Assembly (NCBI GenBank): GCA_964016885.1
Contig: OZ024743.1
Location: 111,290,001-111,354,000 of the forward strand
DNA: 64,000 nucleotides
Direction of reading: 5' to 3'
Origin: Eledone cirrhosa
Lineage: Eukaryota
Position 1 is the stretch's first letter. Every line of letters begins with the position of its first letter. This document shows, one piece after another, positions 25,208 through 39,465 of the stretch. The translations under genes were made by a program, and so were the position numbers. The notes below the pieces were generated by a model. The model ran no database searches, had not been told where the DNA came from, and worked only from the letters and a program-made list of their open reading frames with translations.

Positions 25208-26085
25208 GATAAGGATTATCCTCATCGTCATCAATATGCAACGATGGTTAAGTAAAGGAGGATGAGAGGGGGGGGGGAGAAGATGAAGAGGGTGGTGTTT
25301 GTGATGATGATGATGATGATGACGACGACGACGATGACGTTGAAGATGATGTAGCTGTGATGGCCTTCATGATGATAACGGTCATGATCATTCTAATGAT
25401 CACGATGTTGTTGCTGATAAGTTTATAGTTGTATGGACGACCTGATGTGTGTTATGTTTAATGACGATAAGGTTAAGGATACAATTGGTGGAGAGCGTTG
25501 TAAGAATGATGAAAATACAGATGATTATTATGTTGATGATGATGATGCTGGTGACGATGATAATGATGATGGTGGTGGTGTTGGTGGTGGTGGTGGTGGT
25601 GGTGGTGGTGGTGATGGTGGTGATGGTGATGACGATGATGATGATGATGGTAGTGTTGGTGGTGGTGGTGGTGATGGTGATGACGATGATGATGATGATG
25701 ATGATGATGCTGGTGACGATGATAATGATGATGGTGGTGGTGTTGGTGGTGGTGGTGGTGGTGGTGGTGGTGGTGATGGTGGTGATGGTGATGACGATGA
25801 TGATGATGATGGTAGTGTTGGTGGTGGTGATGGTGATGACGATGATGATGATGATGATGATGATGCTGGTGACGATGATAATGATGATGGTGGTGGTGTT
25901 GGTGGTGGTGGTGGTGGTGGTGGTGGTGGTGATGGTGGTGATGGTGATGACGATGATGATGATGATGGTAGTGTTGGTGGTGGTGATGGTGATGACGATG
26001 ATGATGATGATGATGATGATGCTGGTGACGATGATGATGATGATGATGGTAGTGTTGGTGGTGGTGGTGGTGGTGGTGGTGATGG

Positions 26086-26123
<38 letters not shown>

Positions 26124-26290
26124 CTGGTGACGACGATGATGATGATGGTAGTGTTGGTGGTGGTGATGGTAGTGTTGGTGGTGATGATGGTGGTGGTGGT
26201 GATGGTGATGACGATGATGATGATGATGATGGTGGTGTTGGTGGTGGTGGTGGTAGTGGTGGTGGTGGTGGTGGTGGTGGTGACGATGAC

Positions 26291-26330
<40 letters not shown>

Positions 26331-26800
26331 CTGGTGACGATGATGATGATGATGGTGGTGTTGGTGGTGGTGATGGTGGCGCTGGTGGTGAATATGACGA
26401 TGATGATGATGATGATGATGGTGGTGTTGGTGGCGGTGGTGGAAATGATGGTGTTGGTGGTGGTGGTGGTGGTGGTAATGATGGTGGTGGCGGTAGTGAT
26501 GACGATGATGATGTGGATAACCACATGTATGATAATGATAATGAGGATGATGCTGGTGACGATGATGATGATGATGGTGGTATTGGTGGTGATGGTGGTG
26601 GTGGTGGCGGTGGCGGTGGCGGTGGTGGTAGTGGTGGTAGTGGTGGTGGTAGTGATGACGATGATGATGATGTGGATAACCGTATGTATGATAATGATGA
26701 TGAGGATGATAATGAGGATGGATAATGTTGATGATTAGGATGATGATGACGATGATGTTGATGATGGTGATAACAACATGCATGATGATGATTATGATGA
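25125..26800. repeat. Compound (GAT)/(GGT)/(CAT)n microsatellite with ~160-bp higher-order repeats
   Basis: Marker 'gatgctggtgacgatgataatgatgat' recurs at ~25543, 25706 and 25862. Confidence 0.95.
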
Positions 26801-27834
26801 TGGGAAATAGGAAGCTGAGATATATGAGGAAGAAGATGATGAGGGCGAGGATGAGGATCGTATTGATGGGGAGGAAAAGATTACTTAGACACATGCAGAG
26901 TGGTGGATGGAGTACAACATAATTAATAATTATTTTGACAGAAAGAGTTCAGAGACTTTTATTGAAATAGCGCTTGACTAGTGACGGCGTGAGCTGGTTA
27001 GGACGCTGAGAAGTATATGTTAAGGGGAACCACAATGGAGACAACACTGAGGACAGATTCATCCCCATCCATATCCCTCTACTTACACACCAACCTCCTT
27101 ATATACCAACTCAAATTGCCGTATGTTATTTTATTCAAGAACACGAGGCACGTACATTCAACGCCAATGCTTTGATACTCCTGACAGAGAAAACATAGTA
27201 ATGCATTTACGAAAACATCTTCACATCAAAATAATAAAGAATACCATCTTGACAAGCCCAGTCGGATCAAGTTAACATTTGTCCTTCCTTCATAATATGT
27301 TTATATGTAAGTATAAAATCATAGTTCGCAATGGAGTTGAACGGGCGGAACACACCCCTCTCTCCAATTCTCAATAAATCGTTATCACACAGTTATTAAG
27401 GTCTATATTCCTGCTATTAACCGGACTACTAACATCCTCTTCCAAATCGTGGTGAACGTAGCAAAAGCGAAATTATATATTTCACCTTAATACCGGTCTC
27501 ATGACAATACATCAATTAATTATTAAGTAACCCCTGTGATGTCTTATAAATGCGCATAACAGAATTATATAATAAGCAACACTATGTATACATTAAACGA
27601 ACTATGTTCTGTATATTATCGGCAATCCGTTTAATACCTTATAGGTAATACCTTAAGCTACCCATGTCGTAGAATACTAAAATCTGTTTACATTTAAGTA
27701 GGTAGATTAAGTGACCAACGAAATGTTTTATTTGGATTAATTAAAAGTACACACACACACACAACGTGAAACAAATAAGAGATTGGAGAATTGTACCTCT
27801 GTGTCTTGTCGCCTTGAACTATATATGTATATAT

Positions 27835-28200
27835 ATATAAGATCAAAAGATGGTTAAAGGAGTTCCATGTATTTTATTATGCGCATTTCAAAAACAAACA
27901 TCATCATGAAATAATATTTGTGTTTTCATCAGATAAAACAGGAGAACATGATATGAAGGCTAAAAAACACTTGTGGATAGTGCAGTTTTAAATCAACCTA
28001 TTCTCCTGTTTTATCTGATGAAAACACAAATATTATTGCATGATGATGTTTTTTGAAATGCGCATAATAAAATACATGGAACTCCTTTAACCATCTTTTG
28101 ATCTTATGTTATGTATACTCCAGTCCTACAAACTGTAGAGTGCTTCTTATCCGATATCTGCATTGCTTTATTGTACTACAATAAAACTCACCTCCTACAT
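27835..28200. mobile_element. Inverted-repeat hammerhead element (family B)
   Basis: Arms ~27835-27945 and ~28000-28107 are reverse complements; a related copy lies at 31480-31797. Confidence 0.8.
28007..28074 (+). ncRNA. Type I hammerhead ribozyme motif
   Basis: Stem I tgttttat/ataaaata, CTGATGA(28015), stem II aaaca..tgttt, GAAA, palindromic stem III A-TGCGCA-T, predicted cleavage after TA(28066). Confidence 0.8.
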
Positions 28201-28203
28201 ATG

Positions 28204-28257
<54 letters not shown>

Positions 28258-28262
<5 letters not shown>

Positions 28263-29390
28263 TTTGGGAGGGTCATGTTGCCAATAAGAAACACACGCAC
28301 CAATTGCTTTCACTTCAATTTATTATAATAAATTTATAATAAATTGATAAATTTCTGGTTGGTTGGTTGGTTGGTTCCACAACCAGATAGTTGTTTATAT
28401 ATAGTCATAGTTCTTTCGTCACACACTCTGTGACCTCTTCAGTAACTGGGGATTCCTTTCTTTGTTTCTGTGCCTCTCCTTTGTTCTGTCCTACACCATT
28501 TTGCTTCTGTGTGTGTGTTGTGTGCTCAGTCTGCGCATGCGCCACATCCGGGTGTCTGTGTGTGTTTATGTTCATTTATTTATTTGTTTATTTACATGTT
28601 ACTGGTTGGTTGTTTGTTCTATGTGTGTGTGTGTTTTCATTTTGTCCTTAATTGTAAGTTGTGATGTTGCTGTTCCACTCATATTTTCTATTTAATTTTG
28701 GTTGCAATTCTGTTATGTTTATTGCCTCTGTAATTTGTCTAAACATTGCGTCTTTTCTGTGTGTAGATTCTATTTTTATTTCTATGTTCTCCTATTTACC
28801 CTTGTGTTCTATTTTAGCATGTTGGTAGAGTACAGATGATTCTTTACTATCTTGAAGGTCTCGCCAGTGTTCATTTATCCGTTCCCCTACACTACGATAA
28901 ATGAACAGTGGCGAGACCTTCAAGATAGTAAAGAATCATCTGTACTCTACCAACATGCTAAAATAGAAAATATGAGTGGAACAGCAACATCACAACTTAC
29001 AATTAAGGACAAAATGATAACACACACACACATAGAACAAACAACCAACCAGTAACATGTTAATAAACAAATAAATAAATGAACATAAACACACGCTGAC
29101 ACCCGGATGTGGCGCATGCGCAGACTGAGCACACAACACACAGAAACAAAATGGCGTAGGTCAGAACAAAGGAGAGGCACAGAAACAAAGAAAGGTATCC
29201 TCAGTCACTGAAGAGGTCACAGAGTGTGTGACGAAAGAACTATGACTATATATAAACAACTATCTGGTTGTGGAACCAACTAACCATAAAAAAATTCATA
29301 AATTTATTATAAATGTATTATAATAAATTGAAGTGAAAGCAATTGGTGCGTGTGTTTCTTATTGGCAACATGACCCTCCCAAAGTATAAC
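28258..29390. mobile_element. ~1.1-kb inverted-repeat hammerhead element (family C) flanked by (TA)n
   Basis: 28258-28690 plus 28805-28880 are the reverse complement of 28900-29390. Confidence 0.85.
29203..29247 (+). ncRNA. Type I hammerhead ribozyme motif
   Basis: agtca-CTGAAGA-g-gtcac..gtgac-GAAA-gaac-TA-tgact; mirror copy on the - strand at ~28403-28447. Confidence 0.75.
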
Positions 29391-29456
29391 AATATCGGTT
29401 TCAACACACGATTTCAGATAAAGAATCTTGCTATACAAATTCAGAAACGAAATATA

Positions 29457-29521
<65 letters not shown>

Positions 29522-29544
29522 ACATATATACTTCAAGGTGACAA

Positions 29545-29606
<62 letters not shown>

Positions 29607-29849
29607 AATGGAAAAAATGAAGCGAAATTACATTTATCACTCTCAGTACGGCTGATAACTAAATATAGTTATGTATACGTACATAAATATATTCGGGCTG
29701 TTTGTTTACAAACAAACCGAACATTATAATAAATGTTCCGTAAACCCATATGTGCATATATATATATATATATATGTTATCTCTTTTTTTTTTATTTCGA
29801 GTATATATGTTGAGCGGCCACCCTCCTGGTGGCAAGGTTGTAAAAGAAA

Positions 29850-30415
29850 TGAAATTATCATCCCTTGAATCGCAAGTATGTTTTGCAAATTTTGAAGGTG
29901 CCAGCTATCGCAGCCATTTGGAGACCATGAATTAAGGAGCTGTGCACTTTGTCCGCAAATCCAAGTTCAGTCATACTTTGGTCCAAGCGGGTTGGTATAT
30001 AAACCGTAGCTCCAATAACGATGGGTATGAAGATAAAGGTGTATCTTGGAGACTGGATTTGTAAACTCCTCATCAATGGTCCGTAGATGTCCTCCTTCTC
30101 CAGTATTTTTCTGACAACGTTTACATCAAGTGGGCAGCTGATCTCCACAACAGAATACATTTTCAATGTGTGGTCCCTAACAACAATATCAGGCCTGTTG
30201 TGCTTTAATTTGGTGGCAGTTTTTATTTTCAGGTTCCACCAGTATTACTTAGTGATATATGTCTCAATATATTCTTCCTCGTTTGTTGTTCATTTTGTTT
30301 TTCCGAAGTGCGTTCCTGATGGTTCTAGCTATCCCATAGTGTCTCATAGGGAGGTAGTAGGGAGATGACACTCTTTCGCAGCTGGCAACAATGTGGCTTA
30401 CATCTTCGATCTTTG
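29850..30415 (-). mobile_element. 3' fragment of an RLE-type (R4/NeSL-like) non-LTR retrotransposon
   Basis: [10 protein letters not shown] (CCHC end), RH, HNRPDIVV, VEISCP, EKEDIY, IPIVIGA motifs. Confidence 0.85.
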
Positions 30416-30518
30416 TTTTACATATGTATGTATGTATGCATGTATGTATGTATGTATGTATGTATGTATGTATGTATGTATGTATGTATGTATGTATGTA
30501 TGTATGTATGTATCTATG

Positions 30519-30595
<77 letters not shown>

Positions 30596-30597
<2 letters not shown>

Positions 30598-30870
30598 CAT
30601 GGCTTAGGGCTCAGTTCATAAGGCTTGCAATCGAAAAGATGTGAGTTCAATTGTTGGACCGGGTGATGTGTTGTTTCCTTCAGAAAGACACTTTATTTCA
30701 CGTTGCTGCAGATTACTCAGCTGAAAATGAGTACCAGGAAGAGCTGCAGGTTTAAACCTGCGATGGAATGGCATCCTGCCCAGAGGGGAGTATTGTGCTC
30801 TCTGTCGCTTCACGCCAAGAAACCGGGATAAGCACCGACCAAATGAGCCTTCTGGCTCAAGACAGATGTT
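30596..30870 (+). mobile_element. Second tRNA-derived SINE family (CORE/Meta-like body)
   Basis: tRNA-like head with 'gagttcaatt', body 'aagacactttatttcacgttgct..actcagctgaaaatgagtacc', 'cctgcgatgga..catcc', 'gaaaccgggataagc'. Confidence 0.7.
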
Positions 30871-31052
30871 AGACTTAGATATATATATATATATATGCTT
30901 GTGTGTGTGAATCTACATTCACCTATATACATAGATTACTATCGACGTATACCCCTCCTGATTGTTATTCGGTATACCTACGTACATACCTACGTACATA
31001 CCTACGTACACACACACACACACATACACATACACACACACGCGCGCACACA

Positions 31053-31115
<63 letters not shown>

Positions 31116-31403
31116 CCATATATATAATATATATACATAGATACACATTTGAATATATATCTAATGGGGGAAATTGAAATTGTATATATTGTGTATATAT
31201 GTATATATGTATCAATAGAGCAAACATCACGGACGCTCTATCTCAAAATAATTTTTCAAAAGCATTAGAAATGCGCAACCGGTAAAATTTAATACCAAAA
31301 CTGAATACTAACCAATACTATTACTAATTTTTACTTATTCCTAATTAAACTATTTTTCACTGTGAACAATTTGTCAGCATTTTCTTTTCCGTTTACCAAT
31401 ATG

Positions 31404-31479
<76 letters not shown>

Positions 31480-31483
<4 letters not shown>

Positions 31484-31791
31484 GGAGGTGAGTTTTATTG
31501 TAGTACTATAAAGCAATGCAGATATCGGATAAGAAGCACTCTACAGTTTGTAGGACTGGAGTATACATAATATAAGATCAAAAGATGGTTAAAGGAGTTC
31601 CATGTATTTTATTATGCGCATTTCAAAAACAAACATCATCATGCAATAATATTTGTGTTTTCATCAGATAAAACAGGAGAACATGATATGAAGGCTAAAA
31701 AACACTTGTGGATAGTGCAGTTTTAAATCAACATATCTTTTGAAATGCGCATAATAAAATACATGGAACTCCTTTAACCATCTTTTGATCT

Positions 31792-31797
<6 letters not shown>
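31480..31797. mobile_element. Second copy of hammerhead family B, inverted configuration
   Basis: Reverse complement of 28000-28200; minus-strand core (tcatcag ~31661, tttc ~31621); short + arm 31738-31797. Confidence 0.8.
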
Positions 31798-31857
<60 letters not shown>

Positions 31858-32026
31858 TAAAATAACAGATTAAACTTTAAGCAAAGAATCGCTGATTTCA
31901 CCCTTGACGGGATCTTCTGAAACTTTAATCTGTTATTTTATTAAATATTTGCTCTACGGTTCTTATATATTTGATATATATTTATCCTTGTCGAGCCCTC
32001 TTTTTGTATTTTAGTCTTCAAATTTA

Positions 32027-32070
<44 letters not shown>

Positions 32071-32212
32071 ATAATATATATATATATATTATATAGTAAT
32101 AATAATAAATTTGAAGACTAAAATCCAAAGATATATATATATTTATATACATACATATATATTAAATATATATAGAGAGAGATAGATAGATATATTATAT
32201 TATATATAGAGA

Positions 32213-32402
32213 GGGGGTGCATTGGCAGTATCGGTGGAGAGTTGGACGCCATGCTTTGCAGCAAAGAGTTACGGCCCCTTATGGTCTGAGTTCAAATCCC
32301 GCCGAGGTTAACTTTGCCATTCATCCTTACGAGGTCGACAAAATAAAGTACCAGTAATGCGATAGGGTAATTGTCGGCCTTGGGCGAAAAGTAGAAATAA
32401 TT
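32213..32402 (+). mobile_element. tRNA-derived SINE
   Basis: Close match to 3550-3739. Confidence 0.85.
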
Positions 32403-32451
32403 ATATATATGTATAATATATATATATATATTTATATATATATGTGTGTGT

Positions 32452-32503
<52 letters not shown>

Positions 32504-32608
32504 ATGTTTGTATGTTTATATATATACATACATATATATATATCTGTGTGCGTGTGTGTGTTTATGTTTATATATATATATATATATATCTGTAAGTATA
32601 TATATATA

Positions 32609-32655
<47 letters not shown>

Positions 32656-33034
32656 CAACATCTCAGATAAAACCTCAGCTTTATTCATCACAATTTAAGA
32701 ACATTTCCTCCATTCACAGCGATATGTATTATTAAATCTTCACAATAGGAACCAAAATAGCATCATGTATTTGTAAGTGGTTATTATCTGCGAATATTTT
32801 AATAATATCCCTTGATGCATACGTTGTGTGTGTTTGTGTGTATATGCGTAAAAATGCTTGAGTATGTGTTTTTATAAGTGTGTGGATATACTCGGCACGC
32901 AGTGTTTATATTATACATGCTGCGATATGTGTTGAAATGTATTCTTGGGAAGATAAATCTACTCTTACATACACACGCACCATATACACATATATACGCC
33001 CTGCCTCTCTATCTCAACACGCACACACACGCAC

Positions 33035-33122
<88 letters not shown>

Positions 33123-33203
33123 CGATATATAACTAGGTGTTCGTGTGTGGATACCTTGCACACGCACAACCTCTTAAACATAACTGTTTACAATTGCCTG
33201 ATG

Positions 33204-33285
<82 letters not shown>

Positions 33286-33318
33286 TATACATATATATAT
33301 ACATATATATATACACTT

Positions 33319-33432
<114 letters not shown>

Positions 33433-33983
33433 ACGTGTGTATATATGCTTGCATGTATATATGCATATATATATATATGCCTCATATACATACATATGAT
33501 TATGTATTTAAAGACATTTCATTTACCACTCATTCAGTCTATATACATACGTAGAATTTCTTCAAATGCAGTTGATTTGTATTGCGTTGCACTCCAATAA
33601 TGTACAATTATTTGAGAAATTTTACGTTCTTTGTTTTAATTTGTGTGTATGATTCATGTTAATTCAACAATCGAATTCTTTCTTTCAATTGGGATCTTAC
33701 ATCAGCATCTACTTTCGAGGTAATAACACATTAGCTATTGTAACAGGCCTGCAGAACAATTACTCTTAAGTTGGAAGGTCATTTTGACATCTTTAATTTC
33801 TTTTCTTTAAATGACAAGTACCATTCTTGAATACATATGTATGTTTGCGTATGGACGTCACAATGAGAGTTTGCGCACATATATGCAATTGCTTGTGTGT
33901 GCGAACGTCTGTGTGTGAATAAGCCACTGCGTTCCAAAACGTTAAATTGACTGCGAATAATCTGCCATATATATTCTCTATAT

Positions 33984-34082
<99 letters not shown>

Positions 34083-34182
34083 TATAAGTACACATATACA
34101 TGACATGCACGCACTCTCTCTCCCTCTCTATATATATACACACACATACACTCATGCCCCCTCTTAAATATATATATTACCT

Positions 34183-34280
<98 letters not shown>

Positions 34281-34340
34281 ATATATATAATATACATATA
34301 CATACTTATATACATATGTATAGAAATATATATATATTTG

Positions 34341-34436
<96 letters not shown>

Positions 34437-35498
34437 TATAATTCTTTGTATGTTTGATGTTTATAAAATGGTAATTAAATAAACCAGACAAAGCCAGTTG
34501 ATATAATACATGAACAGTAAAATGACATAACATTACATATTTTAATAATAAGCTTCTATTTCTCAACCACATGCACACGCACCGACGTACAAACCCACAG
34601 GTGCATTCGCACACGTACACAGACAAAGATACACATATACATATTTATATATTAAGGTTAACCAATGAAGGAAAAAGAAAAATTAGGCGATGTTGTTAAT
34701 TATTCCATTGTTTGACGATGATATTTATGAGGATTTTTATGAACGTGGAGAATAACCAATGGGATTATGCATCTCTATACCTTGACTATCGAAAAAGCAC
34801 AAAACCATCATTCAACTTGGAAACAAATTCAATCTTTTAGGGCTATGCACGGCATTAGCTGAAGACCAAGAAACTCACCCGCACACGCACGCACACATAC
34901 ACACAAGCAGACATACCCCTCGTATAATATAAGTATATTCATTTTATTAAAAGTAAATAGTGAGTTTGTAACGCTGGAGGTTCGCCTTTTTGTCACAGGA
35001 TCGTCAGACATATTGTCTTATGATTGTGATAAACGAGCGAAAATCTACACAAATAAGTCACATGTTACCATCATTAAAGGGAATTTGAAAACTTTACTTG
35101 TCTATTCGATGCTAACTTGGCCTTTATAACCTACTACTGAAGTGTGCTAGACATTACGTTATGAATCGTAAATGTGTTGTTAGTCCCTCTACACTATTTA
35201 GCCACAAAGGTGAACATTGTTTACCGTGTTGTCTGTCTGTCTGTGTCTTGAGGATATTATTGTTCTCGTTGAACTAGTTTTGTATTCCATACAGATTTCC
35301 GTTTTTCTATGTTATCTTCATTATATCTTTCAATTTATCTTCCGACGAACGACTGACGTACAGCATGTTAAATCTCTTTTGAAATAGTAAAAAAAAAGAA
35401 AGCGAGAAAGAGAAAAAAGATATAAAAATAGATAGATAGACACATAGATAAATAGAAAAGATAGATATGTATATCTATCTATCTATCTCTCTAGATAT

Positions 35499-35603
<105 letters not shown>

Positions 35604-35608
35604 GTATG

Positions 35609-35641
<33 letters not shown>

Positions 35642-35717
35642 ATATATATATATATATATATATGGAAATATATATATAAAGAACGAAATATATATATATG
35701 TAAATATATATATATAT

Positions 35718-37858
35718 ATTGGAATAAATGCTCTGAAATAGCGATATATATGTGAATATAGACATAGAATATTCGAAAATATTCTGTATGTTTATAATAA
35801 ACATTTTGAAGACCTAATCGCTATAGAATAGAATACGTCACGTATTACAATTAGATTCTCGATAAAAGCAAGGGAAGTAATCTACGCGTTTCATTCTTGT
35901 TAGAAATCATCAGGACTACATATCCAGTGCTTTTATCGAGAATGACACAGCTAGAGACTTATAGAATACTTAGCTGTGTACAGGAACTGGTTTGAAAGAG
36001 CGGTTGCCGGTCCGGCAGAAATTAGAAATTGGAATAAATGCTCTGAAATAGCGATATATATGTGAATATAGACATAGAATATTCGAAAATATTCTGTATG
36101 TTTAGTCTCTAGCTGTGTCATTCTCGATAAAAGCACTGGATATGTAGTCCTGATGATTTCTAACAAGAATGAAACGCGTAGATTACTTCCCTTGCTTTTA
36201 TCGAGAATCTAATTGTAATACGTGACGTATTCTATTCTATAGCGATTAGGTCTTCAAAATGTTTATTATAAACATACAGAATATTTTCGAATATTCTATG
36301 TCTATATTCACATATATATCGCTATTTCAGAGCATTTATTCCAATTTCTAATTTCTGCCGGACCGGCAACCGCTCTTTCAAACCAGTTCCTGTACACAGC
36401 TAAGTATTCTATAAGTCTCTAGCTGTGTCATTCTCGATAAAAGCACTGGATATGTAGTCCTGATGATTTCTAACAAGAATGAAACGCGTAGATTACTTCC
36501 CTTGCTTTTATCGAGAATCTAATTGTAATACGTGACGTATTCTATTCTATAGCGATTAGGTCTTCAAAATGTTTATTATAAACATACAGAATATTTTCGA
36601 ATATTCTATGTCTATATTCACATATATATCGCTATTTCAGAGCATTTATTCCAATTTCTAATTTCTGCCGGACCGGCAACCGCTCTTTCAAACCAGTTCC
36701 TGTACACAGCTAAGTATTCTATAAGTCTCTAGCTGTGTCATTCTCGATAAAAGCACTGGATATGTAGTCCTGATGATTTCTAACAAGAATGAAACGCGTA
36801 GATTACTTCCCTTGCTTTTATCGAGAATCTAATTGTAATACGTGACGTATTCTATTCTATAGCGATTAGGTCTTCAAAATGTTTATTATAAACATACAGA
36901 ATATTTTCGAATATTCTATGTCTATATTCACATATATATCGCTATTTCAGAGCATTTATTCCAATTTCTAATTTCTGCCGGACCGGCAACCGCTCTTTCA
37001 AACCAGTTCCTGTACACAGCTAAGTATTCTATAAGTCTCTAGCTGTGTCATTCTCGATAAAAGCACTGGATATGTAGTCCTGATGATTTCTAACAAGAAT
37101 GAAACGCGTAGATTACTTCCCTTGCTTTTATCGAGAATCTAATTGTAATACGTGACGTATTCTATTCTATAGCGATTAGGTCTTCAAAATGTTTATTATA
37201 AACATACAGAATATTTTCGAATATTCTATGTCTATATTCACATATATATCGCTATTTCAGAGCATTTATTCCAATTTCTAATTTCTGCCGGACCGGCAAC
37301 CGCTCTTTCAAACCAGTTCCTGTACACAGCTAAGTATTCTATAAGTCTCTAGCTGTGTCATTCTCGATAAAAGCACTGGATATGTAGTCCTGATGATTTC
37401 TAACAAGAATGAAACGCGTAGATTACTTCCCTTGCTTTTATCGAGAATCTAATTGTAATACGTGACGTATTCTATTCTATAGCGATTAGGTCTTCAAAAT
37501 GTTTATTATAAACATACAGAATATTTTCGAATATTCTATGTCTATATTCACATATATATCGCTATTTCAGAGCATTTATTCCAATTTCTAATTTCTGCCG
37601 GACCGGCAACCGCTCTTTCAAACCAGTTCCTGTACACAGCTAAGTATTCTATAAGTCTCTAGCTGTGTCATTCTCGATAAAAGCACTGGATATGTAGTCC
37701 TGATGATTTCTAACAAGAATGAAACGCGTAGATTACTTCCCTTGCTTTTATCGAGAATCTAATTGTAATACGTGACGTATTCTATTCTATAGCGATTAGG
37801 TCTTCAAAATGTTTATTATAAACATACAGAATATTTTCGAATATTCTATGTCTATATT
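35718..37858. repeat. Array 1 of the 310-bp hammerhead unit (retrozyme-like): ~1.2 units on -, ~5.7 units on +
   Basis: Marker ttctcgataa at 36121, 36431, 36741, 37051, 37361, 37671; inversion junction at ~36103; (TA)n on both flanks. Confidence 0.95.
36120..36208 (+). ncRNA. Type I minimal hammerhead with extended stem I (repeats every 310 bp)
   Basis: attctcgataaaagca/tgcttttatcgagaat 16-bp stem; gtagtc-CTGATGA-t ttct aaca agaa t-GAAA-cgcg-TA-gattac; predicted cut after 36180. Confidence 0.85.
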
Positions 37859-38781
37859 TATATATATATATATATTTCGTTCTTTGTATCTTTACCCTTT
37901 CTAGCAGTCTCTCTCTCTGTTAGCCTCCTCCTCAACTTTCACTCACTCCTTCTCTGTCACTACCTCTCCTCCTCCTCCTCCTCTTTCCTCCTCTTTCTTC
38001 CCGTTTGACCTGTCCGATTTCTTTTCTCGCGCGCTCTTGGCCAAGCCGCTATGAATTTTTTTTTCTCTCTCTCTCTCTCGTCTGCGACTTCACAGAACTT
38101 ATGTTTACCGAATTCGCAGACCAGACCCCTTCTTCTTCCCCCTGTTAGACCTGTGCGAAATTCCTTCCTTGCTCACATTTCAACCAGGTTTGATGGTCTT
38201 TATTCTCTCGTTCACGATTTCATCGAGTTTATATTCATAGAAATCTGGGACTTGTCTCTTTCTTCTCACTTTCTGTTGCTTAAACCATTTTGTTTGTTCA
38301 CCCTAACGTCCCCTTTATTTACGTGTCCCAACGATTTTTTTTAACCGTTGTTCGCACCAACCTGAGGTATATGGCCTTTACAGCGATGAAATGCCTAGGA
38401 CGGTTGGAGAGCCACTGATGAAGGACTTACTTTTTCATATGTAACCCATTTGCAACGCCGCAGCTCCATTATTATCATATATATATATATATATATATAT
38501 TTATTAAAATAACAGTTTACAGCTTAGTCTTCGAATTTATTATTATTACTATATATATACATTGTTATACTTGGGGAGGGTCATATTTGTGTAATAATAT
38601 ATATAGGGATAGATATATAGATAGATATCGATGAATTGCGGCCGTTTCAGTAAATTTGGTTATGTGAATTTAAAAGCGAACCTCATTACTATGTGTATAT
38701 TTGAGATGATTTATTCCACATAGACAGTGGCAATAGGTGAACTAATCTATATTTTTTTAGCACAAATATAGCGCGTGATCA

Positions 38782-38821
<40 letters not shown>

Positions 38822-39272
38822 TATATATATAATAAAAAGAAATACACAGATACATGCGAATAGATACATATACATGAATATACACACATATATCCCTGAA
38901 TTTGTGTGGGGCCAACCTTAACCGTTGTTGCTCTATGGTTAATAGGGACAAAATAATCTGAATGAATTAGATTGATTTTATACAATACATTTGTGGTATT
39001 TTTCTCTTGGTTATAAGAGGCTTAACTCTGTTTCTTGACCGCTGTATCACGTGATAAACTCCCCCTCCGCCTTTCCGGGATTCTCTCTCATGCGTTGCGG
39101 ACGAATTTTGAAACTTTAAATGAAGTATACTCTTGATATGATGGCAAACCTCACAAAAATACTACATCTCTATGATATAGTGTTTTTGCAAAGTAGCCGT
39201 GAAACTGTACAGTCGAGAAAGCGAGGGATAATGGGTATTTATTTTTTTCTTTATGTCTAATGTTTCTTGTTT

Positions 39273-39329
<57 letters not shown>

Positions 39330-39347
<18 letters not shown>

Positions 39348-39465
39348 AATATATAGTGAAATGTTAGACGGGAATAAAAACACTAGGGAGTACAAATAAA
39401 AGTTTATTAGCTCTTGAGAGTGGGTGGGGGGACGATGTTTCGGGCATAAGCTGTTCATCAGGAGA
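39330..39465 (-). ncRNA. Hammerhead-bearing short element (family of 11001)
   Basis: Minus strand: CTGATGA-acagcttatgccc-GAAA-catcgtc..ctaataaac, ending in (TA)n. Confidence 0.6.

Noticed and set aside
25400-26894. Long Gly/Asp-, His- or Pro/Ser-rich ORFs
   Set aside because: GAT/GGT triplet repeats are open in most frames by construction; no splice or domain evidence
36104-37858. CRISPR-like array or plain satellite
   Set aside because: There are no unique spacers; whole units repeat and contain a ribozyme motif; the context is eukaryotic
38400-38700. Isolated CTGATGAagg (38415) and minus-strand GAAAcggccg (~38640)
   Set aside because: Only half-motifs; a complete ribozyme cannot be built
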